Source: Podarcis filfolensis
Taxonomy: Eukaryota
Length of the DNA: 64,000 nt
Assembly: GCA_964270895.1 (NCBI GenBank)
Contig: OZ185436.1
Direction: 5' to 3' (one strand)
The position numbers and the translations under genes were made by a program. The notes under the pieces are model-generated. The model did no database searches, was not told where the DNA came from, and was given only the letters and a program-made list of their open reading frames with translations. Of this stretch, positions 55,681 through 64,000 are shown piece after piece. Each line of letters opens with the position of its first letter. The first letter of the stretch is position 1.

Positions 55681-58021
55681 ACGGCTAAAGTTAGCAAAGC
55701 TTATACCTAAACATACCAACATTTTAATTATGCGGGAACCTTTTCTAAGTTTTGTAGGGATGAGCATTTCAGAGAAAAAATATTTTTTCCGAATGTTTTC
55801 AACAAGCAATTTTACATGGAAAGTGTTTACCTACCATCAAATCCATGTTATATTTTTCATTCAGGATCGAAGGGAGGTACTAAAGAACTATTAAACCAGA
55901 TAGCAGATTTGGCTATGCTAATAAAAAATAACAGTTCATTCTTTAAAAAAAAAGTTTTACTTTTAGATGACATAGATTTAGGAACTACCCACCTACATTA
56001 TTTAGAACTAATTTGCTGGTTAAAATGTTACTGTGTCCCTATCAGCAGTGACCTTATTTCATAGTATCTCTTCAGACTGCTGGCTCCTAGTGCTACAGGT
56101 ATGGAAGGACAATTTTGAGCATGCTTCTTAGATTTTCTTTAAATGCAGTTACACAAATTTCCATCTTTAAAAATAATACGCTAAAAAGTATTTTTAAAAT
56201 TATTTAAAATTCAACTTGCTATCGTTTAACCTGCACTAATACAATAAAATGGTGCTGACCAGAACCACAGCAGTAAACATGCCAAAGCACAGATGCATGG
56301 CAACAAGTTCACATCCCGATGTGTCAAGACCATGTCCCTCTCTCTCAAAAAAGGCAAAAGCTACAATAAGCCACACATGGATCTGCACTACTTTTCCATT
56401 CTTTGCACATGAAAACATAGGAGAAAAAAAGCACAAGATGCCAACAATTTGACATCATTTTGCCCTATAAGGACTCAGTGAATGGAAGAGTATGGAACAA
56501 TCCATAATTGCATGATGCAGAGAGCAGAACTGCCCCCCCCCCTCACACTGGGGTTTTCCTCTTCCACTCAGCCTCCTGAGTAGTGCCTCATGATAGTTGA
56601 GACAACCTGCTTTTGGGTCAGTAGGGTTTGCTTATAGGAGCCTTTAGCTTTTGCATGGGACAATTTAGAAATGAATAGATTACATTTAGCGATAAAAAGG
56701 CTAAATCACAGTCTTTTCTTTCAGGCTCTGTTCACTGCAACCACTCATGCTTTGACAAGCAAACTATGGGGTCTATGAAAATGGTAAAAAAAAAACAACC
56801 AAGTAACTAGAGCTATGCTACATTCAGCAGCCATGAACTTGTAATATTTAGGCCTAATTTGGGTCTCCTAAGAGCTGCACTTAGAAAATAAAATCAGCTT
56901 ACAGATTGGTGCAGTTGTCACATGACCAACCACTTCCTTCTCATCTTTAATCCTAGTTGGCAACATACTTTTAAACCATAGCTAATGCTAACCAAAATTT
57001 AAAGCCAATGTCAGAACCAAAGTTAACACTAAATACGCTCAATGGTGAAAGAGGAAGCATTTGTATTAAGAGGAAAACACAATCTCTCACAGCCTTCCCA
57101 TTACCTTAATTATGATTCAGCAGCAGGCTACAGCAGCGCTATGTTGCTTTGCATTCAATACAGCATATTTTAAATACCATGAGAGTTGAGGCAGCTTAGC
57201 ATGCTGTAAAATGTGAAAAGGTTCTCCCTCTACAAAGTCCAGGTCATCCTAGTTGATCTAATTTTTGTTAAAATAATAAAAATTGAAGGCTGCTATAAGA
57301 TAGAAAGTAGAAACAAAAGTAGTACTGAAAATCCAACTTTTTAGGCATCTTTAATATTATCTTAGCATTTTTAGCATTAAATGCTTAAATTCTAAACAAT
57401 AGTTAATAAAGCACACAAGAGCACAAAGCCAGGCAGGCTGACAGTTTTAAGTGTGGTCTGTCATTTATCGACTAGAGCCTACTGGGAGGTTCAGACAGAA
57501 TGCACATACTACATGAGATGCTGGAGGGCGGGGTTGTATATATAGTACTAAGCATGTTTCCCAATTTCTAAAAGCAGCTCAAGTGAGCTCAAATATACAA
57601 CAAAATCAGACTTTGATGTGGCAAACGTGTCTAACATTTTCTTGCGTGTGTAAATACAGCCTTGAGCCTCACACTGGTTTAAATGTCTAATTTTACAAGT
57701 AGATTCCTATTCCCCTAATTCCTACTCAAGCCAATCAGATGCAGTTATCCAATAAGTCCATGCATTTGCCTGAAAGCATCTCAACACCTATTCTGATTAC
57801 CATTTTTTTCTTAGCTTTGCAATACATACTACTTTGAATCCAAAACTGTTTAACCAAACTCACTGATCACTCATCAATTTTAGGGTTAGAACATGTTCCA
57901 AATCTGAACCCTGAAATTTATGCACCAGCCACCATCATTTCTACTGAAATTCTAGTAGGCATTTCCCCTGAGCTACAATAGGATAGCTGGAATAATGGCA
58001 CAGGATACTAGATTATGCTTT

Positions 58022-58027
58022 TTTATT
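58022..58027 (-). terminator. HNRNPAB polyadenylation signal (AATAAA)
   Basis: AATAAA on the minus strand, at the end of a block resembling (from memory) the conserved mammalian HNRNPAB 3' UTR (GGAAGTGTTAATTTTACTGTACTTTTTGGTACC...). Confidence 0.7.
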
Positions 58028-58581
58028 CAAAAGCTAAGATAGCATCAATATCCATGTCATGGTGAATCAGAACACATGTAAAATACCTTACAATACATTA
58101 GATTCCAAAAAGGTACCAAAAAGTACAGTAAAATTAACACTTCCGTTAGAGGAAATGTATGACACAAAACCAATACAAAATAAAAAGGTGGAAAGTGACA
58201 CTGGTTCCCTAAAATGCATCTCATTCTGTACAACTGGAATAACGTAGTTCATAGTTAACTCCAAGAGGCAGTCCCTAGATGCAGAGCTGCAGCTTTAAGC
58301 AGACCATCAAAATCAGTTTCAATTTAACCTATCAATAAAATCATTAATCTTCAGCAAGGCTGAAATTTACACACCACACTGTCTAGACAACTATTATCTG
58401 TAAATATTAAACAAAGACATTTCCAGGGAGCTCTTCAGATACACATAACAGGCCATAGAAATGTATTGTAAAGTTAATTTTGGTACATAATTGTAATGTC
58501 CATCTACAGCATTGAGTACAAAACCTATGCAGTTGTTTTCTGCATTACAGCGTGCCACTGCATACCTGAATACCTTTTTGA

Positions 58582-61500
58582 TCAATATGGCTTGTAGTTA
58601 TTCTGATGACCACGTCTTGGAGCTTTCCCATAATTTGAACTGCCTTGACCTATAAACAAGAGATCAAATGCATTAAACTGCTATTAAGTTATGCTTGCAT
58701 ATACCTAATACAGTTCTCTTTACTTACTGTAATCATAGCCCGGTCCATATCCAAAATACCCATATCCTGAATAATCATAGCCTCCATAGCCATCATAACC
58801 TTCCTGATAGCCGTATCCTTGACTCCCATAACCCTGGTTCCAGTAATTGCCATAACCTGGACTCCAATTTTGACTTTGAGCTATAGAAAGGAAAACCATC
58901 CACAAAATCCCATTTTAGTATAGAGGTTTGTTTTAGAATGTGTCCATACTAACGTACTGTGCATAATACGTACCTCTTCTTCCACCTCTTCCTCGGCCAC
59001 CCCCAGATCCAAACTGTTGTTGCTGATACACTTCTTTCGGTTGTGCAACCTTTATCTCACACTGGAGGGGGGGAAAATCAAGGTTTGTATTTCAAACACT
59101 TCCTTCCAACATTTATCTATGGTTGAAATAATTTTAATTTGAATAGAATTCCCACATGTTATTAACATACATTAGGCTCAGAGTAGATTCAAGTTTTCAT
59201 CTGAATCTCTAGCTACTGGATGGAAAGAGGCAGGACAGCAGGACTTTTAAACACTTATCTTCAGTGTACATCTTAAAAAGACTCAAATCACTAGAATTTA
59301 TAATGATTAAAGTTGATGGCAGCCTCTCTATTTTAGTCCATTTATTCCATGCACAATTGCCCTCCAAATAACAATGCTATGCATGTCAACCTGCTGTCCT
59401 AGGATTCTAAGTCAACAGCATGCAATTTCCCTTTAAAGGTTTTCTATCAAATGCTTCCATTCAAACCAGTCCCCTCTGTGATCAGTTAGGCAACCTCCTT
59501 TGACTTGTTTGGTATGGCAAAGCACATCCTAAACAATGTAAGCTTCGCCTTACAAAGAATATGGTGGTAAGACTATGTATTTTAATCAACTTTTAAAATT
59601 AAGCCAAAATTCTGTTTTTAACCAGTTGTCTTGGCACTTAAGGTAAGCAAAACTACAAAAAATAATAGAAGTAAAGATTACTGCCCCTTTGTCCCTGATT
59701 TCTTCCAAAAAGTCTTTCCAGAGTAATGGAAAGGGGTGTGTTTGCTACTCCTGAACAATGTGGGCACATAAAACTGGGCAGAGTGGAGATCCATTTACAC
59801 AAAGTGTTGTTGCCTGAGTTGGGATTTCAAGAAGCTTTTCAGGAACAAGGGCAATTGCAAAACTATTTTGTTAACTTTCCTTGGTTCATTCATCTTAAAA
59901 TCCAATAGATGTTTTAAAAACATTGGTTTAATGTCTATAAAACTTGCAAAGGAAGTCCCAAACGCCATAAATTACACTGGTCTCTTAAAAGTGACCATTC
60001 TATCTTAAGGTTTGACATCTGTGGCTAAAAACTATTAATCATTTTTTTGGCTTCTACTAGACACAGGGACTAGCAAGATAGGTGCTAGATCAGGCATAGG
60101 CAAACTCGGCCCTCCAGATGTTTTGGGACTACAACTCTCCCCATCCATGACCACTGGTCCTGTTAGCTAGGGATGATGGGAGTTGTAGTCCCAAAATATC
60201 TGGAGGGCTGAGTTTGCCTACTCCTGTGCTAGATATTGGAAATGCTATCCAGCATAACATAAATCAAAGAGCCTTGTGCTACTATATGCTCTGTCTTCCC
60301 TCCCAACAGGCTCAATTGAGTTACTTTCACACTGGATCCACACCAACAAACTATGGTTGTATGAACTCTGCAAATCAAGATCAAAAATTAATGATAGTCT
60401 AAAAGGGTCACACAACCTATAGCAGTACTAAATAAAAAAAATAAAACCACTATCTATATTTGTACCTACTCTTAACTACCAAAAGGAATTACTGTAAAAA
60501 TATTTTTGGGGGGTGGGGAGCACCAAATATTGTCCTCACTCAGGGCACTTTATTACCAAAGTCACCCCCCCCCCCGGGTCTATATGACAGTTTGAAATGC
60601 AACATCCAACTTGTTTCCATGGAAGCTGTTCCGGAAGGAAGGAAGGAAGGAAGGAAGGAAGGAAGGAAGGAAGGAAGGAAGGAAGGAAGGAAGGTCCTCC
60701 TTGAATTGTATAGGGATTTGCAATCGTGATTTGATGTTACATCTGATCCACCTTGCTAACAAAGATCATTTGTGGAAACCATATGGATATCCTTCCATTA
60801 TTTTATGTCCTTCAACTACTCAAGCAATGTGGCATTTCCCCAATGGACACTACCAACTAAAATCAGTATTGCCATTTTATTTTCTGTAACCTAGAGAAGA
60901 ATAATTAACTACCAGCTCTTGTTTCTGGAAACACTAGACTCTGAAAACTTTCAAATAAGCACTTGTAGTATTGCAGCCTTAAACTTTCAAGTGAGTGATC
61001 TTACGCTGGTTCCTTAAATGTGTACAAATTGCATGTAATTCTTTGGCTGTCTCTTAAGATGTAATTCTATTGTGCAGATGGCATGGGGGCTGCATGAGCA
61101 AAAGACTGTAAGCATTATTACGTTCCAAACCTATGGGCTCATTCAGTCCCTGTGCATAGCTTCCATGCACAAAGACGCTCATAGAATAGAACAGCCTTGT
61201 TTTCTTTATCCAGCTGTAACACATGGTGTGTGCAAGGATCATCGCAGGCCTTTACACAAACTGGTGTGTGGGTGTGGGTGGGTGTGACACTTGTGTGAAA
61301 GGGAGGAGAAAAAGGAAAACAAACTTGTGTGTCTTATAATGAGCCTACATATACAAGTAGATTAGATCAACCGCAATCAGATTTCAGTTGTTATGGGACC
61401 TAGTTAATAGGCATGGTTGTTCAGGAAATATTAACATTGAAAGCTTATATACCCAGAGATAGTATTTTAGAACAAGGGTGTCTTCAGCTCTGAACAAACA

Positions 61501-62833
61501 AACTATAAATGCTATGCAGCAGTAAATCTTTTCCAACTGTATTTTCACATAAACACAAATTAACCACTGTATGAACAGCCCCTAAAAAAAAATATTATAG
61601 TTAGTTCATTAAAACATGAATACCCACCTTGCTACCACTGACATTGTGGAATTTTTTCTCCAAAATCTTTTTCACTGGATCTTCTTCTTTAAAGGTGATG
61701 AACACAAACCCCCTTCTTTTATTGGTCTTTGGATCCATTGGTAGTTCAATTGCCTCAATCTAATGAAACATAATTTCCATTCAAAGTTTCATAAATTTCA
61801 CTGCATTACTGTACCTTATAACCCCATCCTGCAAGTCTCAGATTTCAGTGTACAATTGCCCAGTGTTAAAGTAAGTTGAATTCAATGGTTAAGTTCTAAG
61901 ATTTTATTGGAAGAAAGCAACAACTGGGTTTCATAAGCAAATGGTTAGTGCTTTATGAAACTATAATGGGGGGAGGCCTTTGGTCTACTGACTTGTCAAA
62001 TTATTACATCCAAGGCTCAATCCCTCAGACTTAACAGTGTTTATCAGGAAAAGTTTTAAGATCCTAAAAAGCAGTATCATTTAAGACCGTATCAGTCAGT
62101 GTCAGATCTAGCTACTACAGTATGCAGTGATACATGGTTTTATGTAGGACTATCAGGGCATTTCCAATTCCCATATTTTTCCCAACTATGGGTTGGTTGA
62201 AAGACTGACATATCAGGTGCATGAATGTGTACATATCATGTAGCAGTCAATATGACTCTAGAGCCCAAAGTATACCCTATATTTCCAATTATGTAATTCT
62301 GAATCTGAAATTCTCATGTGAGAATAGGATGCTGGACTAGATGGGCCTTTGGTCTGTTTCAACATAATTCTTATTTTCTTAGTTCCTATTCTATTTAAAC
62401 TCTTTCCCTGATTACACACCTCTCCAAACTCTCCAAAATATTCTCTGATTTTGTCTTCTGCTGCTTCTGGGTTAAGTCCACCAACAAATATTTTCTTCAC
62501 AGGATCCTTTTTCATTGCCATTGCCTTTTTAGGATCAATCACTCGGCCATCCAATTTATGTTCTTTCTGTTCCAAAACCTACAAAGTAGTTTAATAAATC
62601 AGAATGAAACTGGCAGGATATACAAAAGTATTAAAATGTTAGGGCTTGAATCCTTTCAACTCACTTTGTCAACACTTGCTGCCTCTTTGAACAGAATGAA
62701 TCCAAAACCTCTTGATCTGCCTGTGTTAGGATCCATCTTTATTGTGCAGTCAGTCACTTCACCAAATTTTGTAAAGTAGTCTTTCAAGTCTTTTTTGCTT
62801 GTATCCCAACTGAGACCACCAACAAACATTTTC
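58582..62833 (-). CDS. HNRNPAB: Heterogeneous nuclear ribonucleoprotein A/B, 3' portion (RRM1, RRM2, Gly/Tyr-rich tail); N-terminal exon beyond the window end
   Basis: Minus-strand exons: 62833-62665 ([20 protein letters not shown]...), 62578-62420 (...[16 protein letters not shown]...), 61759-61628, 59061-58974, 58880-58728 (153 nt, frame-preserving, GY-rich) and 58649-58582 (...[11 protein letters not shown]). Splice sites are canonical. Confidence 0.97.
60091..60226. mobile_element. hAT-type MITE
   Basis: Long imperfect palindrome with TIRs CAGGCATAGGCAAACT / AGTTTGCCTACTCCTG and a perfect 8-bp TSD TGCTAGAT at 60083-60090 and 60227-60234. Confidence 0.85.
60633..60692. repeat. (GGAA)15 microsatellite
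   Basis: Seen directly. Confidence 0.95.
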
Positions 62834-64000
62834 CTGAAATAATGTTTAAATGTTAACTTTAATGCAGCAGCAAAATGGTATAGCCTAAGGTGCTTACAAT
62901 TATGAAAGTCAGTGTCTTAACATGCAACATAAACAGGCAACTGATGTCATCAATTTCCTTTAAACTGTGACATTAAATCTCACTTCCCAAATATGCATTT
63001 AGATTTAACTACCAGAAAATAAGTACAAAGTGTTATATTAGAAGTTCAATTTCCTCCCAAATCAGTCTATTTCAGGTTTCAGCTGTCTGTAACAAAAACT
63101 AAATACAAGGTTAAAATACTATGCATGCTACACATTGATATTATAAGTGGAAAAAATATTGCAACTCATATTGTCATTTCTAGTCTCATCAAAACAGGTA
63201 TAAATGAGTACCTGTTTTACTTTCTATGATTATTGCTCAATACTTCTAGTAACTTATGGACATGCTGCATACTCCTTTGACATTTCAAAAATCAAGCATG
63301 TAAAAGAAGCCTACCAAATTTGCGCATCATAACCTTTTTATGTTGATTTGAATGTCTTACATTACTGATACAACAGAAATAAGACTTAGCAGTTTCATTA
63401 AGCCACATATTGGGAATCACTACTCACAACACATTTCTTAACCGTTCCTAAGATGCGTCTCGTCATAGGAGCGTCACTCAAACAAGTTAGTCCCAAATGG
63501 TTAATAAAATGAAAAGAAATAAAAAGCATAGTCTTACAAAGTTAAAAAAGTATCAACTGACTGTTTACAGTCAGTGTTTATCCTACAGTTCAGGTAAGAG
63601 ACCATGTGAAATTCTATTCAGCATTTGCTAAGCAGTCTGGAATATTGTTTACTTGTATCATAAAATTTGTGTTCTATTCCTAAAGGGAGAAAGAGTGTTA
63701 CCTGGCAGCAGCAAAAAGTACTATGATGCTTTTTTAAAGCATAAATGTTTGTAAGCAATCTACTTTTATCAAATGCATTAAAAAAAACCCAAGATTAATA
63801 TAGAAACTGCTTAGTTGTTTGATCAAGTTTTGTTTATACATTCACTGCTCCTGTTTCACAAAAAATGTTGCCCATTTAAGTATGAAAGCTTAAAAAGCAT
63901 CTCCATTGCTGCAAAGCCAATAAAATAGCATGGAGCCAAGTGAAGGGGGTTTAGTTTGTCCAATTGCTTTTTAGGAGAGTCTCTCAACTGAAATCGCTAA

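Overview
Vertebrate genomic DNA, most likely a lacertid or other squamate lizard judging by its Sauria-type SINE, Penelope and hAT repeats. It corresponds to the COL23A1-PHYKPL-HNRNPAB syntenic block. The + strand carries the 3' part of the transmembrane collagen COL23A1 (3156-37843) and the complete PHYKPL gene (CDS 45558-55104). The - strand carries the 3' part of HNRNPAB (CDS 58582-62833, 5' exons beyond the window). The standout feature is inside COL23A1. A 63-nt collagen exon that is single in human (GEPGSMGPRGENGVDGAPGPK, recalled from memory) is amplified into a tandem array of 19 copies (8353-15435, period about 154 bp). Every copy keeps AG/GT splice sites, phase 0 and an open frame, and 132 of 133 Gly positions are intact while X/Y residues vary. 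Two further exons are duplicated (90 nt and 27 nt). There is also a dead partial exon copy and a candidate extra penultimate exon. A young non-LTR retrotransposon (RTE-X-like, intact ~1146-codon ORF2, 14-bp TSD) sits antisense inside the array without destroying splice sites. Other items: a solo LTR, SINEs, MITEs, a Penelope-type inverted repeat, a GC-AG intron in PHYKPL and candidate poison exons in HNRNPAB. All homology statements rest on manual translation and remembered sequences; no searches were run.
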